A stretch of DNA of 63,348 bases, filler included, from Collodictyon triciliatum (taxonomy: Eukaryota): assembly GCA_043381765.1 (NCBI GenBank). It is 9 parts of 9 records of this genome, joined end to end, with 100 filler letters (N's around TTAATTAATTAA, not from the genome) between each part and the next. Parts side by side here need not be neighbours in the genome. Positions count along the whole stretch, not along the records: positions 1 to 7,248 come from JBHJMP010003992.1; positions 7,349 to 14,596 come from JBHJMP010003993.1; 7 more parts are not named here. The stretch is one strand, 5' to 3'. Positions 1-13,100 of the stretch are shown one piece after another. A program made the translations under genes and the position numbers. Positions within the stretch are counted from its first letter, which is position 1, and the number at the start of each line of letters is the position of its first letter. The notes below the pieces were generated by a model. It saw nothing but the letters and a program-made list of their open reading frames with translations, made no database searches and was not told the DNA's origin.

Positions 1-83
1 AGAAGCACGAAGAGCACGGCGGGCACGAGGAATCCTTCCAGGAAAGCGCGTCGTTCATCGCTTTGTCTTACATATCCATAATT

Positions 84-317
84 TCATACATCATGCTTTG
101 CGGCAGCATTTGCTCTTTGTCGATATTCCGTCGGAACTTCAGTAGAAAGGATGATTCGCATCTGATGGAATGGACCCACTTCGCATTCTACTATGCCCTT
201 TCCTTCCTTTGCGTTGGTGAGTGACTTTGGAACATTTATTGGGTCTAATTGTCTAATTTCATCAATCAATATATCAATACTGATGACACCGCTTGAGTAA
301 TCAAACATATCGAACAT
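84..317 (-). CDS. Exon-like fragment of an unidentified gene, probably decayed or spliced
   Basis: Protein-like ORF (ISIDILIDEIRQLDP...GPFHQMRIILSTEV) with no family recognised. Upstream minus-strand frames (about 330-1450) are interrupted by stops. Confidence 0.25.
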   Translation of the reverse strand: MFDMFDYSSGVISIDILIDEIRQLDPINVPKSLTNAKEGKGIVECEVGPFHQMRIILSTEVPTEYRQRANAAAKHDV

Positions 318-1895
318 AAGATAGTGATATTCAAGAGCCTTTCTTTTAAAATTATCAACCTTTTTTTAAAAAAAAAAACAATATTTTTTTATTCAGTTCG
401 AATCGTGGATATCCTTGTTCTGATGTATGCAACGGAAGTGAAGGGTCTTTTGATTAGCCATGTAATTCTATACCGTATCGGACTGGTGGTTCTCCTGTTT
501 TCTTTTAGCTGCGTCGTCTATAGAAGGTTCTTATTCTAAATTTTCCACAATCTGATACTGATTTGATTCTCTTGTGCTCTAGCTTCATCTCAGAAAAAAA
601 AAAGGCAAGTAGTAGCTAAAAGAAGTTGTTTTTTTTTTCACACAGTGTCATCGTGCTTTATTTCTTTGAGGAAAATAAAATGAGAGTCAGCCTCATATTT
701 ATCATCAGTCTGAATCTCATCGCGCTGGTTGAAACAGCTGTTTGCGTTTTTGTCGCTTTGAGCTTCTTCGAGTGGGGGGATACAGAAGATGTTTCAGAGA
801 TTGGGCATTTATTAGACGATAATAGAGGAGTTCATATTCTGCTAGATGTAACCAAAAATCTCAAGAAGCATCTGTTTTATTTAAAAAATACCATTTTCCG
901 GCTTATCTAGAAATCATTTCCGCCTTATTGATGCTCTCTATAATTATTTTTTTTGCAGGGAAACACAACATCTTTGGCCATATTTTCTTTCATAGTCTCT
1001 TCATACTTTAGTTTTTTTATTACGAAAATCAACAATAAATTGGTGCAAAATATTTTGGATAATCCATCAAACAGCAGGAAAGTATGGAAGGTAACCTATG
1101 AAGCACTATGTTTTTTCAGTCCTTATGAAAGCATTTAAAGTATTAAAAGCATTACGACTGCATCACGATAGGCCAACCTGCTAGGAGTTGCTGCTATTTT
1201 CTTCTTGCTCCATGGAGTGGCGATTATTTATACAAATGCAATTCATGCTCATGATATATCATACATTTACATGTTGATGAATTACTCTCTGCCAGATTTA
1301 CTGCCTTGCACTACCATAATAATTTCGAATTATATCTCCTTGAAAAGAATGGAGGAAAAGGACAAAATGTACAAGCACCATTCCTCCCCATATGGCTCCA
1401 GCCAGACAACATCTACTCACGACTCTATTTGATTCCATGTCTCAATTTAAAAAAGTCTCAAGATAAAAATAAATTAAACATCATTTAAGCACTTTGCTCG
1501 TACATTCAATTGAATCCCTTGAAAGAATCTAGTCTCGAAAGTCTAGTGCTACCAAGCAAAATCTTATTGTTTGTTTGTTTGTTTGTTTGTTTGTTTGTTT
1601 GTTTGTTTGTTTTTGTTTATTGCTGTCTTGGGCATTTTTATTTCCACATGATTTTGCTGTCTTTATGCCATCACATAACTGTTCCTCTCGGAACTCTTAC
1701 ACTCCTGGAAATCATTTTCCTGCGTCAACCCAGCGTTGTTATCACGCGAGAGTAAAAATGCGTGATAATCCCAAACGAAAGACAAAATAGAAAATGTATC
1801 CACTGGACTCAACTTCTCTTTATTGTGTGCGTCGTGGTTTTATTATAGATAGTTGTCTAGAATGTGAGCTCTCAAGGCTGCTATATTGCTATTTT

Positions 1896-4800
1896 CTATG
1901 ATTTCACGTTGTAGTGGTAAACTCCATCCCATCCAGGCTCTGGCGGGCTGACTAGAAACTCCATGGAATGGTCCCTTACAAGTTTCATGGCCTTGTCTTT
2001 CGGATATCTAGAGTTACGGAGGGAGACTTGAGTTAACCAAAAAAAAAGCTCTGTAAAATAGAAATTTATCTGCTCCTTAAAGAAATGATTAGAGAACAAA
2101 GCATTTACGTATCCAGATATCTGTCTATCTTCTTGATGGCTTCGGCAAACTCGCTTGAGAAGTAAAGATTCAATATCTCTTCACACATCTCGCACCTTGA
2201 AAAAATTTTATATTTATAACAGTAAGGCTCCAAATGTCTTTATAGGAATCTAATAATATGCTCCTCTTCCAATAATGATGGATAATCAGCCTCAATCGAC
2301 ACACTTACTTTCTTATTTCAGCATCAGTGGCTTCCTGCTTCGTATTCACAAGCTCGTAAATCAAGACTCCTTCAGATCTAAAGAAATGACATTAAGGTTC
2401 GTTCACATAGGTTGATGTAAATAAAGAGCCATCAATAAAGAATAAAACTGTGAGTGGAGGCTGTAGTAGCAGAAAGCGGTGCAGAAAAAATTCTTACTTT
2501 CCAGCAACAGCTACTTTATCGATGGGTCTGCAAACAAACTCTTCCTTCACAATCTTATAAGTCATATCGCTTATTGTAATCATGACACCATACATTTTTC
2601 CCATTCCCTCCAAGCGAGCGGCAAGATTGACCTTGGGATATTCATAATTTAACATCTCAACCCATATATCTCATGGATAATTGTAATCAGAGAGGGACTT
2701 ACCGCATCACCAATCAACGAAAACTTCATTCTCATGTTGCTTCCTGTTTGTAAATGGCAAGTCAATGGTTACCCAATAAAAAAAATTAAAAATGGAAATA
2801 GAAAAAAGTTTGTCACAAACCAACGTTTCCACTGAGAACTGTCCCTGTATTGACCCCCATTCTTATCCCAACATCAGGAATTCCGTGCTCATTTTTGGCA
2901 TTCAATTCCATGAGCCTAATGAAGGGGTTGTTAGACAAATCATTCACCAGGAATTTTAAAAAAAATTATATGGTAATGCCTCACTTTTTCTTTTGAAGCA
3001 AGCAAGCATGGCAAGCCTGGAATTCATGGTTTTTAGTAAATATCACAGATATCATGTAAAAAAAAAATTGTCATGTATTTTCGAAGCGATAAAAAAACCT
3101 GTCTAGCGTGGTCTGGGACATCGTTGGGGCTATTCCAAAATGCAAATATGGCATCTCTAGATTGGGATATGGAAAAGTCAGCACAATTATATCGTCTCTT
3201 TGAATTTATTTACATATTTTATATATCGATATAAACCCGATGTAATCTCCAATTGTCCCTCCATGTCCGATGATGACTGAAGCCATAGCCTCAAAATAGT
3301 CTGCCAAAAACTACAATAAATTTCAATTTTAGGAATGGAGAGAAAAATGAAAAGCAATATATAACATACAATCGCTAAGATAAATAAAATCATTTTTATA
3401 CTGCAATAAGCTTATGCGGAGGGTTTTTCTCTGAGATGGTGGTAAAACTGGCGATATCGCTAAAGAAGATTGTGCAGTTTCTCTTTTCGACCCAGAGTTT
3501 GGCTTCAAAGTTGTGATTAAGTAGTAAACTCTTCAGAACTTCCATGGGAACATACCTAGTACGTTGTATGGTATTGTTTGGTTACAAACAAAAAATTCTA
3601 GTTTATCAGAAAAATGCATAAATAAGCAAAAAAAAATCAAGTGATTACTTTGTGAAGGACTTCAAAGCTTTCCTCATGAATGAAAATGATTCTTGTAGCC
3701 CATGAATCTCTCTGAAGAGGGACATTTGCTTCATATTTTCTATACTGTCAATGTTCAATCTTGATATCTGGAGCATCTTCGATGACAAGTCCACTAGTTG
3801 CCCTAAATTTTAACACATAATACATATATATTTATTTATTAATTTATAATTTATAATTTATAATGTATAGCTAATAAGAAAACTAGACTTAAAGATAAAA
3901 AATTTCTTCGGTTCATTACGGGTGATAAACGATGTCACTATGAAGTTGAGTATGACAGTTGCCAGGATGAAGGATGACACCACAATCAGTGTTATGTTGC
4001 TCTGTCTCTTGATGTCGCCGAGATAAATGTCCTCGTCGACAACAATGCAGATAATCCAACTGACATGAAGAAACGGTTATCATAAATGGTTCATTAAAAC
4101 ACGTTAACACAGTTTAATTGCTATTGTTGGTCTAGGCCAGACATACTCAATATTTGACCACTTGAACGGCATGATGTCCACAAAGTACTTGCTGCTGCCA
4201 GATGTGTATTTGCCGGGAATAAAATCTTGGATGCTGTCGAGCCCTTTTGATTTATAAAGATTAATTTTTTTAAGAAAAAGAATCGGAATATGTATATGCT
4301 GCTTATTCTTCATTATCAAAAAAAAACCTCCATATTTCTCTATAAACTTGGAAGCAATACGAACGAGTTCGTGGTCTATTTCTCCCAATGTTCTAAAGAA
4401 AATATTACATGTATTGGTTTAATAAATTGCTTGGATATTTTCATGGTGTCTTGTCTTTACTTTAACTTGATCTGTCCATTTTCATCTTTGTAAGTGACTG
4501 GAACAGGGATAGATAGGCCAACTACGTTTAAGGTGTCTCTTTCAAACACAAACTTGATAGAACCTTTCTCCTATAGATGTCACAGTTGTTATAGGAACCG
4601 TGAGATTAAGATGCAAAAAGTTATGAAAATTATCATATAGCAGGCGATTTGTAGTTCTCACATCCTCCTGGCTCATAGTTTGGGACAGAAAATCGAGTTT
4701 AATTCCCACTCCTAGGACCCCCACAAACGTTTCATTCTGGTCAACCAATGTGCGTGATACTGATAAAAGGAATCGATTGTTCCTGTGTTTTATATATATA

Positions 4801-6310
4801 GAGTAAATGCTACCAATAAAAAAAAGTGCAGACCTTTCAAGTAATAGTTGTGTGTCTTTTTCCTTCGTTCGATTCAAAGTGGGTAATAGTTGTGTGTTTG
4901 AAATAAGATTCGCATTCATTTACCTGAAGTAAGCATTTGGTACCCATTCCATGCTTTCCTCGTCAGACGCGTCGACAACCTGGTAATCAAGCGACTCATT
5001 GAACATGGCATTCACCTCCCATCCCACATCCACGTATTTCCCACTAAGACCAATAAGGGGCCATATGAATCATAAGTGACGTTTAGAGAGACTTTGGTTG
5101 TTGCTTATGTAGAATCAATAATAAAAAAAAAAATAAAAACAGGTAGATTTCGTCTGCTTTTTTTACACTTGATTCAAACATTTACTCTTTGATTAGCTTC
5201 TCATGAACTTTCCCGTTCTCGGTGACCCACACGCCAAATTGGCAGGCGCCGACTTCTGGACCGCCGTGTCTTCCTGAGGGATATTTCCGGTGCATATTGC
5301 GGGTCATTCTTTTCTCGTGCTCTTCGTCCTCATGGTGCTCTTCTTCCTCTTGTTCTTCATCTTCATCGTCATGCTCTTCATCTTCCCCCTCTTCCTCTTC
5401 GTCATGATGTTCGTCTTCATGTTCTCCTTCCTCCTCTTCCTCTCCACCCTCATCTGAGGGGATACAGAAGACACCGTTCATGGAACCATCCGCACCGATT
5501 ACATAGATGCTACTGGAAGACTGAAAACTAGAAAGCTTTTGGGATATGAAATTATTATAATAGTGCAATATATAAATAGTTGTAGAAATGAAAAAAATAA
5601 CGGCATGGTTGTTGAAATAAAGGCGTCACAAATACCTGAGGAATTACGAAGGATACCAGCTCCTCGTGATTTAGAGGATTGAAGAATCCTTCCTCGACCA
5701 TTTTAGTAGCATATTTTGCTGATTTTTCGCAATTTGTCATAGTTTTTGACAAAAGGTCAGAAACGTCCTCTGTCATGTGCTCTCGAATGTCTGTGGACAA
5801 TTTCTTTATACTTGTCAAGCTTGAATCGTATGTGAAAAACCTATTAAGACATATTCCAAATTAGATTTGCTTTTCTATACAAAACATCTTTTTTTAACAT
5901 TTATTTTCAATATGCAGGTTTTTTTTTCCTCTTACCAAGAAGAATATGTGGACACTGAAAGAGATACGAGGCTGAGAATCACCAACAGAACACGGACTGA
6001 GGTAAACTTTGACCACCAAGCCTGGGGTCAAGAATTAAAGATCGATTAAAAATCTGAACTTTTAATAGATTGAATAATTATTGCGCAGTAATCGAGCATT
6101 TGAATTTTTAGTTAAAGGTTTACGTAATCTTTGATTGTTGAGACGGGCTCAACAGCTAAGACTTTTAGAATAAAAAAAAAGGTTTACATAATCTTTTCTG
6201 TTAAAATTAATTAACCTTTTCAACTACTATAGGAAAAGGCAAAATGAGAGAATCCGTTCTAGAACGGTTCACTTCCTGTCTAGGCTCCTCTTCTTCTTCA
6301 GTGCTCTATC
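1896..6310 (-). CDS. Multi-exon receptor-type class III nucleotide cyclase: TM - Cache-like - TM - HAMP-like - cyclase - WDGV tail (5' end uncertain)
   Basis: Spliced translation gives CTIFFSDIASFTTISE, GTIGDYIGDAIFAFWNSP, IRMGVNTGTVLSGNVG, SNMRMKFSLIGDAVNLAARLEG and C-terminal PPEPGWDGVYHYNVKS* (stop 1896-1898). TM segments lie near 5935-6020 and 3920-3995. Introns are GT-AG. Confidence 0.9.
4841..4897 (-). mobile_element. Micro-retroposon scar, family A, in a cyclase intron
   Basis: 15-bp direct repeat GTAATAGTTGTGTGT (4841-4855, 4883-4897) flanks a 27-nt insert reading CCACTTTGAATCGAACGAAGGAAAAAG on the minus strand. Confidence 0.75.
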
Positions 6311-7187
6311 GTAAAATTAGATAAGCAGCCGCAGGTAATCCGGTGTCAGTCTCAAATTTAACATAAATTCATTAGATATTACTATGTACCTTATCTTTCG
6401 AACAAAACATTGCGCTGGATGCTTGAAGACTGTCACAATCCTCAGTTTTTACATAATTTTTACAAAATTCATTAAATACTTGTCCATTGATAAAGTTGTT
6501 CATCCACCCTGAAAAGCTGTGATTCGATTGTGGTAGACTATTGCAAACTCTTCCATTCATATAATCACAAAGATTTAATGTTTTGTTTTATATGGAAATA
6601 TTGCTTTGAATTATATCAATTTATCTCGGCAGGGTAACATCCCGTGTTTAGTTTTTGAATGTAGAGGTTCTCTTCCGCCGGTGAGAATAAAGCGATGAGT
6701 ATTAGAAAAAAAATTTGCACCAAAAGATGAATCAGAGTGCCCTGATGTCTTCGACTACCGTGGGCACGTACCCAACGATTCGCTGGCTATTTTCTTTCTC
6801 CGTTTTTCTCTTCCCCTCTAACGGACTAATTCAATTTTCTTTACCATGGTTCGTCATGGCGAAATAAACGATGAAAAGGCAACATTTTATATCCGAGATT
6901 TAGCCACATTCCCTCGCTTCTTGTGTAGGGAGGTATATAAATAATTTTCTGTACCTATGTAGTCTTTTGTTAATATATACTTCTCTGGGTGTTATGTGGT
7001 CTACTAATATGTGAGTTCCTTCCTTTTGGAATTGGGTAAATCCATGAACCGGATGGCTATGGTTCCTGGTGGCTGGATGTTGGTAAATTGAGCAAGAATT
7101 CCCTCCTCCTTTGAACCAACGGTTGATATTTAACGTTTTTAATGAATTTTTTACTATCTCAGTTTTTTTTGTTTTTTTTTGTTTTTT

Positions 7188-7248
<61 letters not shown>

Positions 7249-7348
7249 NNNNNNNNNNNNNNNNNNNNNNNNNNNNNNNNNNNNNNNNNNNNTTAATTAA
7301 TTAANNNNNNNNNNNNNNNNNNNNNNNNNNNNNNNNNNNNNNNNNNNN
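7249..7348. other. Artificial contig-joining linker (N44-TTAATTAATTAA-N44)
   Basis: The same 100-nt linker with stops in all six frames occurs at 14597-14696, 21939-22038, 29282-29381, 36619-36718, 43961-44060, 51295-51394 and 58624-58723. Confidence 0.98.
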
Positions 7349-7349
7349 G

Positions 7350-7518
7350 GCTTGTTCCGAGCTTTTTTTTTATTGTTTTTTTTAGGTTAATCCCAAGCTT
7401 TTTTTAATAATTATTTTCTTGCAGCTTGTTCCGAGCTTTTTTTTTTTTTTTTTTTTTTTTTTTAGGTTAATCCCAAGCTTTTTTTAATAATTATTTTCTT
7501 GCGGCTTGTTCCGAGCTT
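7350..7518 (-). mobile_element. Tandem-duplicated short poly(A) retroposon fragment, family B
   Basis: GCTTGTTCCGAGCTT occurs three times (7350, 7424, 7504). The copies separate two units reading GCAAGAAAATAATTATTAAAAAAAGCTTGGGATTAACCT(A)n on the minus strand. Confidence 0.55.
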
Positions 7519-8048
7519 CAAGGCAAGATGCATTATATATGAATCTTGCCATTTAGAATGGCAATTCTTATACACACCACCACTCTTCTATTTATTTAAC
7601 AAGAACACGCCATCGGGACGCATTATTTCTGCCTGAGCTCGCATCGATTGGCACCTTGATGAGTTCCACCTCTTCGAATAAATCGGAGATGCAAAAATAA
7701 AACACAAAACAAATAAAAATACTTTTACTTAAAATATAAATAATTAAATCGGTAAAGATAATTCATTAATTGATAAAAACTTTCTCATTATAATACAAAG
7801 TCTCAATAATAAGTATATATTGATATCACCAGAAAAATTGATCTCTTTCTATTTGTTATTTTATCAAAAGTATTGATTTTAATTAAGAAAAAAATTGTTG
7901 GCCTCTACTAATCTAATAGTTCAAACTGCATAGAATATATGCCTAACCTTTGACTTCGCTCTGTTACAAATAATCCAGAACAAATTAATTTCTTTTGAAA
8001 ATCACAATATTTATTCCCAAAATAATTAAAAACTCCACAGTTGAATAT

Positions 8049-8105
8049 AGTGCTCGAATATAGAACTTTTTTTCCTTTATTCGATTCAAAGTGCTCGAAT
8101 ATAGA
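8049..8105 (-). mobile_element. Micro-retroposon scar, family A
   Basis: 16-bp direct repeat AGTGCTCGAATATAGA (8049-8064, 8090-8105) flanks a minus-strand insert containing TTGAATCGAATAAAGGAAAAAAA. Confidence 0.8.
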
Positions 8106-10171
8106 GCTTAATATATTGAGAAATTAAAAATAAACAATTTATTATGATTAGAGCTGCATCTTTAAATTATTAAAATAGAAAATATATTTGTTCATACCAT
8201 ATATCACCATTAATTTGCTTATCTGATGGCATTAAAATGAAGCATGTATCTTAGAATGATTCACCTTTCAATTTAAATAAATTCGTTATAGATAATAACA
8301 GAGCGATGACTTTCAATAAACATGGTATTGTAAAGGCTTTAAAAGATCTTAAATTGGAGATAGATGGTTACAAAATATCTAAATATTCTTACAATAATAA
8401 TTCTAGTTATGATTTAAATTCTGTATTCAAATTTTTATGAATTGTCACAACAGATATATTTTTAGGGGCATCATTTAGTTTTTTCTTTTTTAAAACAATA
8501 ATATATTTACATAATTTATTTAATAGATATTGTATCCGTGAAAACGAGTAAATACTTGTATATCCAATTGTTAATGATAATTTCATGCAATCATACCATA
8601 ATTAACGCTCAGACCTGCTTCAAAATCACAAAAAAGTAGTGTATTTAAAAATCATATCAATATACTTACGAATCGCAATATTTATTTCCATGTTTTTTTA
8701 ATAAATTAAATTCGTGTAGCCAAAAAAAGTTCTTATTTGGCATAATTAATATTTTTATCTAAAATTATTCAAACACTTTCTGGCTTGTTCTTATGTCATA
8801 TATTTACAAATAATCATAACTATGATCCTAAAACTTTGAAAGATATATAATACTATAGAGCCGATTATCATTTAAAATTTTCTTCAATTGCTTGGCGTTA
8901 CTATTTTAAAGTAGACCAAATACAAAAAATTTGGATTTAATTGATTATTTGTTAATTTTAATCAACAATAGAACATTATTGTAAAAAATTATGACACCTA
9001 ACATATATTTCACTTGCTTCATAATTACGACAATAATTATAAACTTTGTATTCATGATAATTTTTCTAATTTTGTTAATATTTTTGAATCTTTGCAATAT
9101 ATTATGGTTTTCCTTTTTTAATTCAATTGCTACCTGAAAATTGGTGGGAGACAATTTTACTTTTATAACTTAAAAAATTCTTTCATTGCATTTATATTGT
9201 ATTAAAGATATGTTTTTCCAAATTAAAGATAAAGATACATCTGAAATTGTGGATTTTGCTTTATTATTGATAAAATATACAACACATAAATTTCTTAAAA
9301 TATAATAAATGACTTACATCATCGATAATTTCTTGTTAACCTGCTTTAATTTTCAGGTGAGGAATAAGTTAATATATAAAACAGTTGATTTTTCAAATGG
9401 TCTTGTTGTCCAAAATCCTAGTCTTTTAATACATTAAAATTTATGATGAAATTGATAATGACTTTTAGATTATCCTTTCAACTGTAAATTTTTTTATATG
9501 TTATTAGATTGAATATAATTCAAATACTGGACATTTCTGCAAAATGCAATTTTGTTTTGATTTTATACTGAAATTATAAGACAAAGAATTGTTGACTATG
9601 TATTTTTAATATAAGAATTTGGAAAATCATATAAAATTTCATGTTGTAAATAAATACTTAATTGGTGTATTAATTTATATTAGATGAGCAACTTGAAGAA
9701 TTCAATTCGAATAAATTTTAAGAAATATAATTTTAAAGTTTTAAGAATTAATCATGAAACTATTTGACTTGATCGAAACATACAATATAATAATCAATTA
9801 TTCAAGAATTTAAAAAATCATATAGCTTCTCTGAAATTTCGAGCTAAAAATATTATCATGAATGAATCTTCAACAAATTGATGGCGGAATTTGACTTTAA
9901 TCAAATTAAGAGAATTATGAAATTTTTAACGTAATACAAAACAAGGACATACTATTAAGTAATTTTGCGGCAATTATAGAAAATACATACCATAAGAAAT
10001 GATTTTTCAAATTATATAATATTTTATATAATATTAGGTTATTTTTGTTCTATTTTCTTTGTTTTCTCAAAATATATATTTTATCTATATGAAAGTAATA
10101 TCATGGTTTACATTTTTGAAGCTAATCAAAATCAAAACTCAAATGTATTCTATATTTGAAATTAATATAGG

Positions 10172-13100
10172 ATGAGATTGAATCCAAAACCTATTGCAAC
10201 CACTCTTCTTTTTGGTCGGTATTAAACAATACGTTAAATTTTTTATGATATTTATCTGTGTCATATACTATTTCTTTATTCGATATAAATTTACATACAT
10301 AAGTATTTTATCACGTAGGATTGACAATATACAGCCAGTTTTTTCGTGCTCAAGGTCAGAATGAATATCTGATAGGCAATATCGATGACGATAGTTTTTT
10401 TAACAGTGTTACTGTTACTCCTGATAATTCAAAAATTGTTTCTGGAGGTTATAGAGCCATCAAAATTTGGAATATTGCTGATCAGATTCTCATTCGCACA
10501 TTGTCAGGTCACAATTATGTTATGACTGTAGCAGTTACTCCTGACGGATCAAAAATTGTTTCGGGAAGCGACGATATTACAATTAAAATTTGGAATCTCT
10601 CCAGTGGAGCATTGATTCGCACATTGACTGGTCATAACGGCTATATAAAAAGTGTTGCAGTTACCCCAGACGGATCAAAAATTATATCTGGAAGTGACGA
10701 TAATACAATAAAATTTTGGAATCTTTCTGATGGAGCGTTGATTCGCACATTGACTGGTCATACTGACGCTGTTAATAGTGTTTCTGTTACTCTTGACGGT
10801 TCAAAAATCGTTTCTGGGAGTGGTGATAAAACAGTCAAAATATGGAATCTCTCCAGTGGAGCATTGATTCGCACACTGACTGGTCATAGCGGCTATGTGA
10901 ATGGTGTTACTGTTACTATTGACGATTCAAAAATCGTTTCTGGGAGTGGTGATAAAACAGTCAAAATATGGAATCTTTCTGATGGAATATTGATTCGCAC
11001 ATTGACTGGTCATACTGACGCTGTTAATAGTGTTTCTGTTACTCGTGATGGTTCAAAAATTGTGTCTGGAAGTGAAGATAAAGCAGTAAAAATATGGAAT
11101 CTTTCTAACGGGGCTTTGATTCGCACATCAAATGGTCATACTTATGGTGTTAATGGTGTTGCTATCACTCCCGATGGAACTAAAACAGTTTCCTCTGGTG
11201 ACGATTACACAATCAAAATATGGGGACTATGTAATTCTGGCTTTTTTTATGATTCTGCTTCGAAATCATGCAAAATATGTGGAACTGGTAGCTATAGTTA
11301 TGGCGGAACCTCTTCTTGCTCTTTATGCCCAGCTGGAACATACAATCCATCTACTGGCTCTACAAGCTCAAGTGCTTGTATTTTATGTCCATCTGGAACT
11401 TACAATCAATTGACTGGAAAATCTACATGTCTTTCATGCCCAGCTGGAACATACAATCCATCTACTGGCTCTACAAGCTCCAGTGCTTGTATTTTATGTG
11501 CGTCTGGAACTTACAATCAATTGACGGGAAAATCTTCATGTATTTCATGTCCAACAGGTACTTACAATCCATCAACTGGATCTACAAGCTCCAGTGCTTG
11601 CCTTTCGTGCGCTGCTGGTACTTATAATCCATCGACTGGCTCTACAAGCCCTACTTCTTGTCTTATGTGCGCTGCTGGTACTTACAATCCATCAACTGGC
11701 TCCACAAGCTCCAGTGCATGCCTTTCATGTCCAAACGGTACTTATAATCCATCAACTGGCTCCACAAGCCCTAATTCTTGTCTTTCGTGCGCTGCCGGTA
11801 CTTATAATCCATCAACTGGCTCCACAAGCCCTACTTCTTGTCTTTCGTGCGCATCTGGCACATATAATCCATCCACTGGGAAATCCTCCTGCCTTTCTTG
11901 TCCAACAGGTACTTATAATCCATCGACTGGTTCCACAAGCTCCAGTGCTTGCCTTTCGTGTGCAGCTGGCACATATAATCCATCCACTGGGAAATCCTCC
12001 TGCCTTTCTTGTCCAACAGGTACTTACAATCCATCCACTGGCTCTACAAGCTCTAGTAATTGCCTTTTATGTGCAACTGGCACTTACAATCCATCAACTG
12101 GTTCCACAAGCTCCAGTGCTTGCCTTTCGTGCGCAGCTGGCACATATAATCCATCCACTGGGAAATCCTCCTGCCTTTCTTGTCCAACAGGTACTTACAA
12201 TCCATCAAGTGGCTCCACAAGCTCTAGTAATTGCCTTTTATGTGAAACTGGCACTTACAATCCATTGACCGGATCTACAAGCTCTAGTGCTTGCCTTTCG
12301 TGTACTGTAGGTACCTATAATCCATCCACTGGGAAATCCTCCTGCCTTTCTTGTCCAACAGGTACTTACAATCCATCAAGTGGCTCCACAAGCTCCAGTG
12401 CTTGCCTTTCGTGCGCGGCTGGCACATATAATCCTTCAACTGGCTCTACAAGCTCTAGTGCTTGTCTTTCATGTGCAACTGGGACGTATAACCCATTAAA
12501 TGGCTCTACAAGCTCTAGTGCTTGTCTTTCATGTGCAGCTGGAACTTACAATCCATCAACTGGCTCTACAAGCTCTAGTGCTTGTATTTTATGTCCAGCT
12601 GGCACATATAATCCATTAAATGGCTCTACAAGCTCTAGTTCTTGTATTTCATGTGAAATAGGAACATATAATCCATCAAGTGGCTCTACAAGCTCAATTT
12701 CCTGTATTTCGTGTGCATCTGGGACCTATAACCCATCAACTGGAAAGTCTTATTGCCTTTCATGTGCAGCTGGTACTTATAATCCATTTATGGGCTCTTC
12801 AAATTCAACTGACTGTATTTTATGCGCAGCTGGCACATACAACCCTTCTACTGGTCAAGAATCATGTCCTTTATGCAAATCTGGTACGTATAATCCCACG
12901 ACAGGACAAAAAGAGTGCATATCGTGTGGAAGTGGCTGGAATGGAGACAAATTGGGGTCGACAACAATCGATGATTGTTTGTGTTTTCGTTCAACCTATT
13001 TAGAATCAAGTTCTAGACAATGCAAAGACTGTCCAAGTGGATTTGTTTGTAACGGAAGCAGCCAACTTAATGTTAAACCTGGATACTGGCAAGCTCCGAG

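Noticed and set aside
7700-10100. Second micro-exon array in the other AT-rich tract
   Set aside because: Only a few scattered AG-N3-GT matches on either strand, without regular spacing. This serves as a background control.
11320-12930. CRISPR-like repeat array
   Set aside because: In-frame coding repeats without unique spacers, in a eukaryotic gene with no cas genes.
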